Origin: Planctomycetota bacterium
GTDB taxonomy: Bacteria; Planctomycetota; UBA1135; UBA2386
DNA length: 64,000 nucleotides
Direction: 5' to 3'
NCBI GenBank assembly: GCA_947501605.1
Contig: CANMWZ010000007.1
Location: forward strand, 32,001-96,000
Of the stretch, positions 29,650 through 39,654 are shown piece by piece (position 1 is the first letter of the stretch; the number at the start of each line of letters is the position of its first letter). The translations under genes and the position numbers were made by a program. The notes under the pieces are model-generated. The model saw only the letters and a list, made by a program, of their open reading frames with translations. It was not told where the DNA came from and made no database searches.

Positions 29650-30843
29650 TCAGGAACGCCTCCGTACGGCGGCATAGGTTGCGAGCAGTCGGGCCGCGTC
29701 CTGCGCTGGCGTGAAGTGCTGCAGGTAGCGCGCGCGCGCACCGCGGCCCAAGCTTGCTGTGAGGGCGGGATCCTGGGCCAACAGGTCCATGGCCGCAGCA
29801 AAGGCCTCGGCATCGCCGGCTGCCACGCGCAGGCCGGAGGTCTCGTCGACGACTTCTTGGAGGGCGCCGATCGAAGAGGCGATGACCGGGCGACCCGCGG
29901 CAAATGCCTCGATGGCCGTGAGTCCAAAGGTCTCGTACCAGATGCTCGGCAGCAGCACGGCGGTGGCCGCGGCCATGTGGGTCTGCAAGTCAGCGGGCGT
30001 CAACTGGCCGAGCAGCGACACCCGGCCGCCGAGCCCTCGTGCCATCGTCTCCAGTCGCCCGCGCTCGGGCCCCTCGCCGGCGATCTGCAGTCGCCAGGGT
30101 GCACGTGCGTGTCGGCAGGCTTCGAGGAGGACGTGAACGCCTTTCTCTTCGACCAGGCGGCAGGCGACGAGGAACACTGGCGGTCCGCCGTCGGCGCGCT
30201 GTGCCAGTGCCGCCGCAGCCGGTTCGCCGGGGTCCTCGCACGACAGCCACTTCGTCTGCACGCGGTCCGCAGCGAACCCGGCGTCGAGGAACTGCTGGCG
30301 CGCAAACGAGGTCGGCACCAGGATGCGGTCTATGCGGTGAAAGGTCGAAAGCGCGCGATGCAGTGCCGTTCCGACGAACCTCGTGCTGCTGCCGACGACG
30401 CCGCGGTAGCAGCGGTGCGCGATCCCTGACCAAGGAAGCGAGCCCTTGCAGTCGGTGCAGATCGCGCCATCGCGGAAGAACACGCCGTTGAGGCAGAACA
30501 GATAGAAGTTGTGCGCGGTGAAGACCGTTGCCACGCCTTCGCGACGAGCCGCAGCGAACACCGCAGGCGACAGCAGCGGCCAGACGTTGTGGGCGTGCAC
30601 GACGTCGGGCCGGTGTTGGCGACAGAGCGCGCGAACGCGGCGATGGGCCGACAGCGACCACGCGTTGCGCAGGGGCAAGGCGAGCTTCTCGAAGAAGCCC
30701 ATGTCGCGGATGGCGTCGTTGTGCGCCGCCTCCTGCACCACCGTGACGCCCGGCTGCGCTGCGAGCAACCGCGCTTCTCGTTCGGCCGCAGCCGACTCTC
30801 CGCCCCAGACTTGATAGTGGTTGTGGAGCCAGAGGATCTTCAT
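29650..30843 (-). CDS. Glycosyltransferase family 4
   Basis: HNHYQ.WGGE, VVHAHN, RLVEEKG, PSIWYETFGLTAIEA. Confidence 0.92.
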   Translation of the reverse strand: MKILWLHNHYQVWGGESAAAEREARLLAAQPGVTVVQEAAHNDAIRDMGFFEKLALPLRNAWSLSAHRRVRALCRQHRPDVVHAHNVWPLLSPAVFAAARREGVATVFTAHNFYLFCLNGVFFRDGAICTDCKGSLPWSGIAHRCYRGVVGSSTRFVGTALHRALSTFHRIDRILVPTSFARQQFLDAGFAADRVQTKWLSCEDPGEPAAAALAQRADGGPPVFLVACRLVEEKGVHVLLEACRHARAPWRLQIAGEGPERGRLETMARGLGGRVSLLGQLTPADLQTHMAAATAVLLPSIWYETFGLTAIEAFAAGRPVIASSIGALQEVVDETSGLRVAAGDAEAFAAAMDLLAQDPALTASLGRGARARYLQHFTPAQDAARLLATYAAVRRRS

Positions 30844-31982
30844 TGGCGACCTCCGCAGAGGGCCACGAAACCGGCGGTTGCCTCAGCGCCGAGGCGTGCG
30901 GGCGAGAATCGCGTTTTGGCGATGTCGTAGGCCCGAGCCGCAAGCGCGGTGCGTTGGGCGGGATCGCTTGCGAGCGCATCGATCGCCGCTGCCATCGCCG
31001 GGACATCGCCCGGAGGCACCAGCACTCCAGCTTTGCCGTGGTCCAACGCCGAGCGGACATCCCCAACGTCGGTACTGACGATGGGGCGCTTCAGCAGCAT
31101 CGCTTCGAGCACGGCCAGCGGGAGGCTCTCGCGCAGCGACGCATAGACAAAGAGATCCAAGGCGCCAACCGTTGCCAGTGTGTCTCGCGGCTCCTGGCGA
31201 CCGATCACATGGATGCGACCCGCCGCGCGCGGACTCGCTGCCAGGCGGCGGAGGTTGGCCTCTTCGTCGCCGTAGCCCAGCAGGATCGCATGGACTCGCT
31301 TCTCCGCGCAACGGAGCACTGCTTCGGCGAGCAAGGCGTGGCCCTTTGCCGGGTGCAGCCGCGCGTGCATGCCCACGGCGAAGGCGCCAGCAGGAAGCCC
31401 GAGTGCAATCCGCGCCGCCGCGCTCTGCTGTGCGGCATCCCCGACGATGGCGGGGTCCAGTGCGTTCTGAAAGCAACGCAGTGTGACTCGCGACGGCAGC
31501 CCTCGACGGACGTCCGCTACGGCGCGCTGCGATCCGACCCAGACTTCGTCGGCGCTGCGAATGCACATGCGGTCCATGAACTCGAACGCGCGAATTCGTG
31601 CCGAGCCTTCGCGGCCGACCCAACCGTGGACATGTGCGACCCATGGGACACCGAGCCCGCGCCGCGCGCCGGCGAGCCGGCACAGCAAGTCGCAGCGCAT
31701 GTCGTGGCTGTAGACCGCGGCGGCGCCGGTCGTTCGGATCAGAGCTCGCAGCGCTGCGATTGCAGGGCGACTGCGCCGGGCGCCGTGCCACGCGATCGTG
31801 TGGTGCTGCAAGTGCGTCAGCCGGCTGGAAGTGAAGTGCACCGACGACGGCTGACCTGCAGTTGCGACTTCGACCAGAACGGGTTCGACGCTGGCGCGGT
31901 CGAAGTGAGCGAGCATCGTCTCCAGCAACCGTCCGGCGCCGCAGACTGGGAAGTAGTTGGCCTTGAGCACGAGCACTTTCAT
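30840..31982 (-). CDS. Glycosyltransferase family 4
   Basis: HVHG, ARLHPAKG, SLRESLPLAVLEAM, TDVG. Confidence 0.9.
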   Translation of the reverse strand: MKVLVLKANYFPVCGAGRLLETMLAHFDRASVEPVLVEVATAGQPSSVHFTSSRLTHLQHHTIAWHGARRSRPAIAALRALIRTTGAAAVYSHDMRCDLLCRLAGARRGLGVPWVAHVHGWVGREGSARIRAFEFMDRMCIRSADEVWVGSQRAVADVRRGLPSRVTLRCFQNALDPAIVGDAAQQSAAARIALGLPAGAFAVGMHARLHPAKGHALLAEAVLRCAEKRVHAILLGYGDEEANLRRLAASPRAAGRIHVIGRQEPRDTLATVGALDLFVYASLRESLPLAVLEAMLLKRPIVSTDVGDVRSALDHGKAGVLVPPGDVPAMAAAIDALASDPAQRTALAARAYDIAKTRFSPARLGAEATAGFVALCGGRQ

Positions 31983-33328
31983 GTCGCGCCCTCTGGGTGG
32001 CGCGGCAGGCCCATCCACGCGCATGCGAGCCCGAGCCAGATCCACGGCATCGGTGCCTCCTGCATATGGATGACGATCGTCGACGCGATCAGCGCGACGA
32101 GTCCACCTTCACAGCAGAGGCCGAGATTGCGATCGAGAGAACCGCGAGGAAGGGCGCGATTGCGGCGGCGAAAGCCGAGGGCCATGGATGCGATTGCGCC
32201 GGCCGCGAGCAACAGTCCGAGTGCACCCTGTTCGACCCAGATCTCGAGGTAGGTGTTGTGACCGCCGATGTCGCCGAGGCCGTAGGCCGCATGCTCCGTA
32301 CTGGCGAGCATCCACCGCGCCTGCTCGACGTAGCGACCCTTGCCGGTCGCTTCGTAGAGCACGCCGTAGCAGCCGTAGCCGACACCGAAGAAGCCGTGCT
32401 CCATGCCGAGGTCGGCGCCGTAGCGCTGCATCTCCAAGCGCGCGATCAGCGAGTCGCTCTGCTGGAAGTGCGTCGGGTCGAACACGCGTTCGACGAGTGT
32501 GGCCGGTAGCAACGGCAGAGCGGCGATGCCGGTGCAGACCAAACCAGCCATCGCCAGGGCGCGGTGGCGCACGCCGCCGCGCAGGATCCACAGCACGCCG
32601 AACGCGCCGAGCGCCAACACCGCCATGCGCGAATAGGTCAAGGCAGTGCCGACGAGCTGCAGCAGGCAGCCGGCAACGAGCAGCGAACGTTCGGCACGCG
32701 AGCGCGCCGCCTGCAGCAACGCCGGTGTCCACGACAGCGAGCAAGTCAGCAGCAAGGCGAGCCCGAGAGGGTGCGCGAGCGTGCCGGTGACGCGCACGAT
32801 CGAACCGGAGCCAAGTTCGTCGTCCCAGACCAGCGCCGCGCCGACAGCGCCGTCGGTGTTCTCTTTGACGTAGTCGACTTGCAGCGACGGCAACAGCCAT
32901 TGCGCGATGCCGACGGCTGCCGCGATGCAGCCGATGGCGAAGAAGGCCCGCAGCAACATCATCAGGTCGCGGCGGTCTTCGATCGCGGCGTAGAGCGCGA
33001 ACACCCAGAGCGCTGCGTGCAGCGTGCGCAGGCCGAAGCTCGCGAAGATGTCGGGCGCGACGGCCCACAGACCTGTGAGCATCGCCTGCGTGATACCAAC
33101 GGCGATCCACAGGATCGGCCGCACGGGTGCTGGGCGGAGTCCCCTGAGGATCCAGTTGCCGATCAGGCCGCACAGGAGCGCGGCCTCGAGGTAGAACGGC
33201 AACTTGCCCACCGCGCCTTGTGGCGTCAGTTGCGATACGGGGCTCAGCAACAGCACGCACGCGAGCGCCACGACCGCGCAATGCGCGGGGCGCAATGCAA
33301 TCGTCCGAGGCACTGTGAGCGCCGTCAT
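31979..33328 (-). CDS. O-antigen ligase / Wzy-type polysaccharide polymerase
   Basis: Many TM helices; RVTGTLAHP, LTYSR, FGVGYG, HNTYLEIWVEQG. Confidence 0.85.
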   Translation of the reverse strand: MTALTVPRTIALRPAHCAVVALACVLLLSPVSQLTPQGAVGKLPFYLEAALLCGLIGNWILRGLRPAPVRPILWIAVGITQAMLTGLWAVAPDIFASFGLRTLHAALWVFALYAAIEDRRDLMMLLRAFFAIGCIAAAVGIAQWLLPSLQVDYVKENTDGAVGAALVWDDELGSGSIVRVTGTLAHPLGLALLLTCSLSWTPALLQAARSRAERSLLVAGCLLQLVGTALTYSRMAVLALGAFGVLWILRGGVRHRALAMAGLVCTGIAALPLLPATLVERVFDPTHFQQSDSLIARLEMQRYGADLGMEHGFFGVGYGCYGVLYEATGKGRYVEQARWMLASTEHAAYGLGDIGGHNTYLEIWVEQGALGLLLAAGAIASMALGFRRRNRALPRGSLDRNLGLCCEGGLVALIASTIVIHMQEAPMPWIWLGLACAWMGLPRHPEGAT

Positions 33329-33331
33329 GAT

Positions 33332-34789
33332 TCAGCTGGTGGCCTGCACTTCGCCCTGCTGCCCGGCGCGGCGCCACAGCCAGAGTGCCACGCCGGCGCT
33401 GGCAAAGAACACGATGCAGCCGAGGAGCACCGCGACTCTCGCGGGCAGGCCGAAGCTACGCATCGGCGTCGGCAAGAAGTTTGGCGGCGTGACCACCGTC
33501 ACGTTGGCGATCTGATGCCGGTCGAGGACCTGCTCGATTTGTGCCAGGCGCAGACCCTCGCGCGCTTGCACGAGGTCGCGCTTTGCTTCGGCGACGTCCA
33601 GTTCGCACTTTTGCAAGGCCGCTCGACCGGCTTCGAGCGCCAGCAGGCGTTGCTGGAGGTCTTGGACGTCCTTGCGCGCTACCTGGAGTTGCGCGGCGAG
33701 GCCCACGGATTCCGCGGTGGCCTTCGCTTGCAGATCGCGCAACGAGTCATGCAGCGGGTCACGGCCCGTGATCACACCGTCCTGGCGAACCGGCAGCGCC
33801 GCTTCGACGAGGCCTTGGAGCAGTTGCACGAGCTGTTGGGCTTGGCGCACCTCGGGCGAGTCGTCGAGGTACATCTGGCGCGCGGTGGCGAGTTGTTCCT
33901 GCGCGCTGGCGGAGCGCAGCTCCAGCGCGTCGCGAGTCGGGTTCGCGCGCTGCTCGGTCGATTGGCGCAGTTCGTTGGGGGTGTCGGCGAGCAGCTTCGA
34001 CAACAACGTGATGCGGGCCTTGGCCGAGGCCAGTTCGCCCTCGAGTCGCTGCGCAGTGCTCTCTGCCGCCGTGCGCCGCGTCTCGAGTTGCTCGACCTCC
34101 GTGACCACGTCGATGACCGAGAGCCGTGTCCTCGTTGCCGTCAGCGCGGCTTCTGTGCGGGCGAGTGCGCCTTCTCGATCGGCGAGGAAGGTCTGCAGGA
34201 TCGGTGCCATGCCACGACCGCCGAAGGCACGCTGATGGTCCTCCATGTAGCAGTCGAGCATGTAGCTCAGCAGCCTCTGGGCTGCTTCCGGCCGTTCGCT
34301 GCGACATTCGAGCACGAACATGGTCGAACTCGGGATCGCAGCGATGCGCAGCGACGAGGCCCACTTGTCCAGCGCGCGCTGTTCGTCGGTTCGCTGCGGC
34401 AACAGTCCGAGCAGCTCGGCGGTGCCAACCAACAGTGCGGAGACAAGTCCGCGAGGCTTGCCGACCGCTGTCTCGCGGTCTTCTTGGCACAAGCGTTCGA
34501 AGGCGCGGCGCAGCAAGTCGCTGCTGCTCAACAACTCGACCTCGGTCTGCACGTCTTCGCGGCGCGGGTTGCCGGCGAGGAAGGGGGCGGGCGAACCGAC
34601 CATCGAGGGCCGCGAACCGGCAGTCTCGGGGCCGATCTGGAGCATGACTTTGGCGTTGACCAGCCATTTCTCGCTGCTGGTGGCGGCGGCGAGGATGCCG
34701 ATCGCGAAGCCAAGCAGAGCGCAACCGCCAACGAGCTTTGCGCCGGCGCGCAGCGGGCGGTTGGGAGTGATGGATCCGAGGACATTCAT
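33332..34789 (-). CDS. Polysaccharide co-polymerase (Wzz/GumC/Wzc-N type) without kinase domain
   Basis: N- and C-terminal TM helices around a long coiled coil; VQTEVELLSS, LDDSPEV, ANVTVVTPP. Confidence 0.85.
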   Translation of the reverse strand: MNVLGSITPNRPLRAGAKLVGGCALLGFAIGILAAATSSEKWLVNAKVMLQIGPETAGSRPSMVGSPAPFLAGNPRREDVQTEVELLSSSDLLRRAFERLCQEDRETAVGKPRGLVSALLVGTAELLGLLPQRTDEQRALDKWASSLRIAAIPSSTMFVLECRSERPEAAQRLLSYMLDCYMEDHQRAFGGRGMAPILQTFLADREGALARTEAALTATRTRLSVIDVVTEVEQLETRRTAAESTAQRLEGELASAKARITLLSKLLADTPNELRQSTEQRANPTRDALELRSASAQEQLATARQMYLDDSPEVRQAQQLVQLLQGLVEAALPVRQDGVITGRDPLHDSLRDLQAKATAESVGLAAQLQVARKDVQDLQQRLLALEAGRAALQKCELDVAEAKRDLVQAREGLRLAQIEQVLDRHQIANVTVVTPPNFLPTPMRSFGLPARVAVLLGCIVFFASAGVALWLWRRAGQQGEVQATS

Positions 34790-34820
34790 GGCATCTGGGT
34801 TCCCAAGGTGGGCGGGGACG

Positions 34821-36155
34821 TTAGCACGTGGCGTCGGCGGTGGCGCGCGACTCGCCGCGGTCGCGCAGCACGAGTAGCACGATGCCAAGTGCAAGCGTCG
34901 CGCGGCCAGCCGTGCGGACCCAGGCCGTGACCTGGGCGCGGTCGTCGCCTTCTACGAACAGGTTGCCGAGCACCACGACCAAGAGCAGCAGTGCGTTGAG
35001 GACGATGAAGCGACCAGGACGATCGCGGCTGATGAACGTCAGGCCGAGCGGGTCGGTCAACGCCGTCAGCACGACGCCGAGAAGCACGATCGGGTAGAGG
35101 TCAACAGCGCTGGCGTAGTGTGGCAGCAAGCGCGGCAGCGCGAAGGTGACAACGGGCAGGCTCAGCAAGGCGAGGCTGGCGACCGCGAGGCCCCACCTGG
35201 CCGAATGGCGCAGCATCGCGCGGCGTGCGGCGGCGTCATGGGCGCGTCCGGCTTGTGGCAAGAGCGCGGTCATCACGGCGCTAGTAGCGAGTTCGAGCAC
35301 GGTTGCGAACAGCACAGCGATGCGCAGTCGCCCCGTGGTCACGTCGTCGGCGCGGGCGTCGAGCAGGAACAGGTCGACCTGCGCCGCCGTCGAGGCGAGA
35401 GCCGTGGCCAGCACCATGCGGCCGCCAAAGTGCAGCAGCCGCGCGCGGTCGTTCGCGGCGTCGGCTCCGGGCAGCAGTGCGGGCAGTGGGCCGGCCGCGC
35501 GCCGCACGGACAGGGCAATCGCCGCGGCCGTGACGATGTGCGCGGCAATCGCGGTCGCGAGCGACAGCAGGCCCAAAGCCCACAGCATGGTCCAGGCGAA
35601 CAGTCGTGCCGCTGAGTTCGCGACCATCCACGAGCTCAACGCCAAGAACCGTTCGCGCAATTGCAGCACGCCGAGTTCGAATTGGAGCAGCACTCCGAAC
35701 ATCGCCGCCAGGGTCGCGATCCCGAGCACCAGTGCGCGCGATGGTTCGCCAGGTTGGTCGATCAGCCAGTGCGCCGCCGCAGCGAGTGCCGCGGCCACGA
35801 CGCAGCCGGCCGCGATCAGTCGCCGCTGCAGCGCCCACGCGGTTGCCAGCATCTGGTCGCCGCCGCCGTCGCGCTCGCGGGCCGCAACCGGGTGAAGGCG
35901 CAGCAGCGCCCAGTTGAGGCTGCGGCCCATGACTTCCTGCAAGCACTGGAATGCCGCGAGGAACAGACTCGCTGCGGCGAATGCCGCGGCGTCGAGTCCC
36001 GATGGCAGCAGCAGTCCGCTGCCGAGAAACCCAAGCCCCGCAACCGCCGCGTTTGCCGTTGTCATCGCGCCGACGCGAGCGCGCAACGAACGTGAGGCTT
36101 CGGGGCTCGGCGCCGCGGGCGGCAGTGGCTCTTGAGGAGGGGGGCTGGCCGTCAC
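34821..36155 (-). CDS. Wzx-type flippase / polysaccharide biosynthesis membrane protein
   Basis: About 12 TM helices, QVDLFLL and ALLP motifs. Start uncertain (GTG 36155 or ATG 36065). Confidence 0.75.
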   Translation of the reverse strand: MTASPPPQEPLPPAAPSPEASRSLRARVGAMTTANAAVAGLGFLGSGLLLPSGLDAAAFAAASLFLAAFQCLQEVMGRSLNWALLRLHPVAARERDGGGDQMLATAWALQRRLIAAGCVVAAALAAAAHWLIDQPGEPSRALVLGIATLAAMFGVLLQFELGVLQLRERFLALSSWMVANSAARLFAWTMLWALGLLSLATAIAAHIVTAAAIALSVRRAAGPLPALLPGADAANDRARLLHFGGRMVLATALASTAAQVDLFLLDARADDVTTGRLRIAVLFATVLELATSAVMTALLPQAGRAHDAAARRAMLRHSARWGLAVASLALLSLPVVTFALPRLLPHYASAVDLYPIVLLGVVLTALTDPLGLTFISRDRPGRFIVLNALLLLVVVLGNLFVEGDDRAQVTAWVRTAGRATLALGIVLLVLRDRGESRATADATC

Positions 36156-36192
36156 GAAGGGGTGGCTGACGAAGGCAAATTCTCGCGTATGT

Positions 36193-36219
36193 TTGTCCCA
36201 GCCATCCAACCTGGGACAA
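36193..36219. promoter_or_regulatory. Inverted repeat TTGTCCCAG-N9-CTGGGACAA in the divergent EPS promoter region
   Basis: Perfect 9-bp arms located between the wzx and priming-transferase starts. Confidence 0.55.
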
Positions 36220-36305
36220 CTTATTCGCCGTTTCCGCAGTCCGTTCCCGCCCCTGAAACTCCTGCTGCGAAAGCGCCTACCCCTCGGCGTTCGAGCTGTT
36301 CCCCG

Positions 36306-37673
36306 ATGCTGCGCGACCATCCACGTCTTGCTCCGATCCTAGTCCTTGCCGGCGACCAGCTGGCGATGGTCGCGGCGTGGGCTCTGATTGCGCAGTGGAT
36401 TGCGCGACCGCTGCCGCCGCTCGTGCTGCTGCCGCTGGCGTTTCTCCAGCTCGTTGTTGCTTCGGATGCCGGACTCAACAATCAGCTGCGGTACGTCGGT
36501 TGGTGGGGGCTCGTCCGTCGGGTCTTTGCGGTCTGGGTTCGGGTCACAGTCGGCTTGTGTCTTCTCGGCTTCTTGTCGCCTGAGCACGTGCCGCGCGAGT
36601 CCGTCGCCGCCTTTGCCTTGGCCTACCTCGCGGCGCTGCTCGCGGTGCGGGTCGGCACCTTGCTGTTGCGTCGCTTTGTGCGCCGACGTGGGCGCAACCT
36701 GCGCTACCTCGTGGTTGCTGGGACGGGGCCGGCAGCCGTTCAGGCGAGTCGCGCCTTCAGCGGCGATCCTGGCCACGGCATGCAGTTGCTGGGATTCCTT
36801 GGCGAACGAGGCCCGACCGAATTGCCGGCGCCTGTTCTCGGTCGCTTCGAAGACCTCGAACAGATCGTACGCACCCTCGTGATCGATGAGGTCCTGGTTG
36901 CCGACCCTGCTGCTTCGGTTGCCGCGATTGCGGGTCTGTGCCGCTCGTGCAACACGCTCGGCCTGCGCACCCACCTGACTTCCGGCTTCGTCCCCGGGTC
37001 GTGGCGCGGGGTCGATGCCCGCGATGTCGGCGGCGAAGTGGTGCTCAGCCTCACGCCGTTCCCACACAGCATGGTCGGCCTCTCGGCCAAGCGTGCTCTC
37101 GATATCGGGCTTGCTGGCGCGGCGATGTTGATCCTCCTGCCGGTGTTCGTCGTGTTGGCGATCGCCATCAAGCTTGGCTCCAAGGGGCCCGTGTTGTTCG
37201 TGCAGTGGCGCGTTGGCCTGAACGGACGACGTTTCCGATTCCCGAAGTTCCGCTCCATGGTCGCGGATGCTGAGGCGCGCCTTTGCGACGTGATGGCGCA
37301 CAACGAGATGGACGGGCCGGTCTTCAAGATGAAGCACGATCCGCGGATCACTCGGGTCGGCGCGTGGTTGCGACGCTACAGCCTCGACGAGTTGCCGCAG
37401 CTCTGGTGCGTGCTGACCGGCGACATGAGCCTGGTCGGCCCACGGCCGCTGATGCCGCACGAAATCGATGGTCACGAGAGCTGGCAGCGCCGTCGCTTGT
37501 CGATGCGTCCTGGGCTCACGTGTCTGTGGCAGGTGAGCGGTCGCAACCATGTCGACTTCGAACGATGGATGCGACTCGATCTCGAGTACATCGATGGCTG
37601 GTCCCTCGGCCTCGACTTCCAGATCCTCGCGCGTACGGTGCCTGCCGTGTTCTCGGGCCGCGGCGCGAGCTGA
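36306..37673 (+). CDS. Priming polyprenyl-phosphate glycosylphosphotransferase (WcaJ/WbaP-like)
   Basis: N-terminal TMs, Rossmann-like spacer, KRALD, KFRSM, DPRITRVG, SLDELPQL, SLVGPRP, PGLT. Confidence 0.93.
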   Translation: MLRDHPRLAPILVLAGDQLAMVAAWALIAQWIARPLPPLVLLPLAFLQLVVASDAGLNNQLRYVGWWGLVRRVFAVWVRVTVGLCLLGFLSPEHVPRESVAAFALAYLAALLAVRVGTLLLRRFVRRRGRNLRYLVVAGTGPAAVQASRAFSGDPGHGMQLLGFLGERGPTELPAPVLGRFEDLEQIVRTLVIDEVLVADPAASVAAIAGLCRSCNTLGLRTHLTSGFVPGSWRGVDARDVGGEVVLSLTPFPHSMVGLSAKRALDIGLAGAAMLILLPVFVVLAIAIKLGSKGPVLFVQWRVGLNGRRFRFPKFRSMVADAEARLCDVMAHNEMDGPVFKMKHDPRITRVGAWLRRYSLDELPQLWCVLTGDMSLVGPRPLMPHEIDGHESWQRRRLSMRPGLTCLWQVSGRNHVDFERWMRLDLEYIDGWSLGLDFQILARTVPAVFSGRGAS

Positions 37674-37698
37674 GTCCGGCCGAGCCGACCGATTCGCC

Positions 37699-38409
37699 AT
37701 GACCCGAATGCGCCTGTTGCCCTGCCTCGTTGTCCTTGCTCTACCATTCGCTGCGTGCAGCAGCTACGCCGGTCTCGCTGTCGGCGAGACCCGCACGATC
37801 GAGACCGAGATCGAAGACGCCACCGCGGACTATCGCATCCAACCGGGGGATGGGCTGGTGATCGAGTTTGCGCACCACCCGACGCGCCGCGCCGAACTGG
37901 TCGTGCGACCAGACGGTGTGATCTCGATCCCCTTTGCCGAGGAAGTTCACGTCGCCGGATGCACGGTGCCGGAGGCCGACGCGATGCTGACGGCGAGCGT
38001 CGAGAAGCACCTGCGTGACCCCGCGCTCACGATCCTCGTCGCCGCGGTTGCCAAGTCGCAGGTCTTCGTCGGCGGCGAAGTGCTGCGGGCTGGCGCGGTG
38101 CCGCTGATCCCTGGGATGACTGCGTTTCAAGCGCTCACCTCGGTTGGCGGCATCGCTCCGAGCGGTCAAGCGGACAGCATCATCCTGGTGCGCGCGGCCG
38201 GTCCCGGCAAACGCATCGTCCGCCGGCTTTCGCTCGCTGGTGGCGACATGCTGCAGAACGACGTGATCCTCGGCCCGTTCGACATCCTCTTCGTGCCGCG
38301 CACGTCGGTTGCCGACATCGGGCTGTTCGTCAACTCGAACATCAACGCCATCGTCCCGCGCGCCATCAACTTCACCGCGTTCTACGACCTCCAGAACACG
38401 TTCCGGTGA
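37699..38409 (+). CDS. Polysaccharide export lipoprotein (Wza/OPX family)
   Basis: Lipobox FAAC; YRIQPGD, VRPDGVISIP, VFVGGEV, DILFVP. Confidence 0.9.
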   Translation: MTRMRLLPCLVVLALPFAACSSYAGLAVGETRTIETEIEDATADYRIQPGDGLVIEFAHHPTRRAELVVRPDGVISIPFAEEVHVAGCTVPEADAMLTASVEKHLRDPALTILVAAVAKSQVFVGGEVLRAGAVPLIPGMTAFQALTSVGGIAPSGQADSIILVRAAGPGKRIVRRLSLAGGDMLQNDVILGPFDILFVPRTSVADIGLFVNSNINAIVPRAINFTAFYDLQNTFR

Positions 38410-39524
38410 GCGCGCGTCCACTTCGCATCGCGATGCTCGGCGGCCGGGGAATCCCGGCCAACTACAGCGGCTTCGACACTCTGCTCGAGGAGCTGTCCGC
38501 GCGTCTCGTGGCGCAGCACGGCATGGATGTCACCGTCTACTGCCGCCGCCATTACTACGACGAGCGACCGGCGCTGCATCGCGGCGTGCGCTGTGTCTAC
38601 CTGCGCGCGATCCGGGGCAAAGGGCTCGAGAGCATCTATCACACCTCGCGCTCGGTGCTGCACACGTGTCTCCGTCGCTTTGACGTCGCCTTCGTGGTCG
38701 ACCCGGCGAATGCGCCGTTCGCGCTGCCTTTGCGTCTCCGTCGAATTCCCACCGTGTTCCACACCGATGGGCTCGGCTGGAAGCGCAGCAAGTGGAGTGG
38801 TTCGGCGCGGCGCTACTACCGCTGGGTCGAGGGCTTCTGCGCTCGCTCCGCGACGGCGCTGGTCACCGATGCGCTGGCGATGCAGCGTTACTACCAACAG
38901 GTGTGGGGACGCGACAGCACCTACTTGGCCTACGGCGCCGAATCGCAAGGCGGACTCAGCGACGAAGGTCTGTTGCGTTTCTCGCTGCAGCAAGGCGGCT
39001 ACTACCTCGTGGTCGCGCGCATCGAACAAGAGAACAACACGGAGTTGCTGGTCCGGGAGTACCTGGCGTCGGCGGTGTCGCGACCGCTCGTTGTCGTTGG
39101 TGGCGCGCGCTACGCCTCGGACTACAGCAAGCGTCTGTTCGCGCTCGCCTGCGACCGCGTGAAGTTCGTCGGCGGGGTCTACGAGTCGGCGGTCCTGAAC
39201 GGTCTCTATCGTCACTGCCGCGCCTATGTGCATGGCCACGAAGTCGGCGGCACCAACCCTGGCCTTCTGCGCGCGATGGCTCACGGGGCGCCGGTGCTTG
39301 CTGTCGACGTCGACTTCAACCGCGAGGTGCTCGGCGATGGCGGGCGCTTCTTCGGCAAGACCGCGGGCGAAGGTGCATCCTTGCTGCGCGCCGTCGATGG
39401 TGACGACGCCCTGTTGCGGACCCTCGGTGCGGCGGCGAGAGCGCGTGCCGAGTCGGCGTATCGGTGGGACGACGTTGCTGCTGGCTACGCGCGATTGTTC
39501 CGAACAGTCGCAGCGCGGGGGTGA
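38406..39524 (+). CDS. GT4 glycosyltransferase (DUF1972 type)
   Basis: RGIPANYSGF, DGLGWKRSKW, ARIEQENN, HGHEVGGTNP. Confidence 0.9.
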   Translation: MSARPLRIAMLGGRGIPANYSGFDTLLEELSARLVAQHGMDVTVYCRRHYYDERPALHRGVRCVYLRAIRGKGLESIYHTSRSVLHTCLRRFDVAFVVDPANAPFALPLRLRRIPTVFHTDGLGWKRSKWSGSARRYYRWVEGFCARSATALVTDALAMQRYYQQVWGRDSTYLAYGAESQGGLSDEGLLRFSLQQGGYYLVVARIEQENNTELLVREYLASAVSRPLVVVGGARYASDYSKRLFALACDRVKFVGGVYESAVLNGLYRHCRAYVHGHEVGGTNPGLLRAMAHGAPVLAVDVDFNREVLGDGGRFFGKTAGEGASLLRAVDGDDALLRTLGAAARARAESAYRWDDVAAGYARLFRTVAARG

Positions 39525-39654
39525 CTGGCGTGCGCGCGCATTCGCTTGGTCTTGCGGTGGACCGGGGCCGGCAGCTATGGGGCGTAGGCCGCACCAGTCC
39601 TCATGCGCTAGTCTGTGGGGCTTCTGTTCGTCCCTTCGCTCCGAGGTTGATGCC

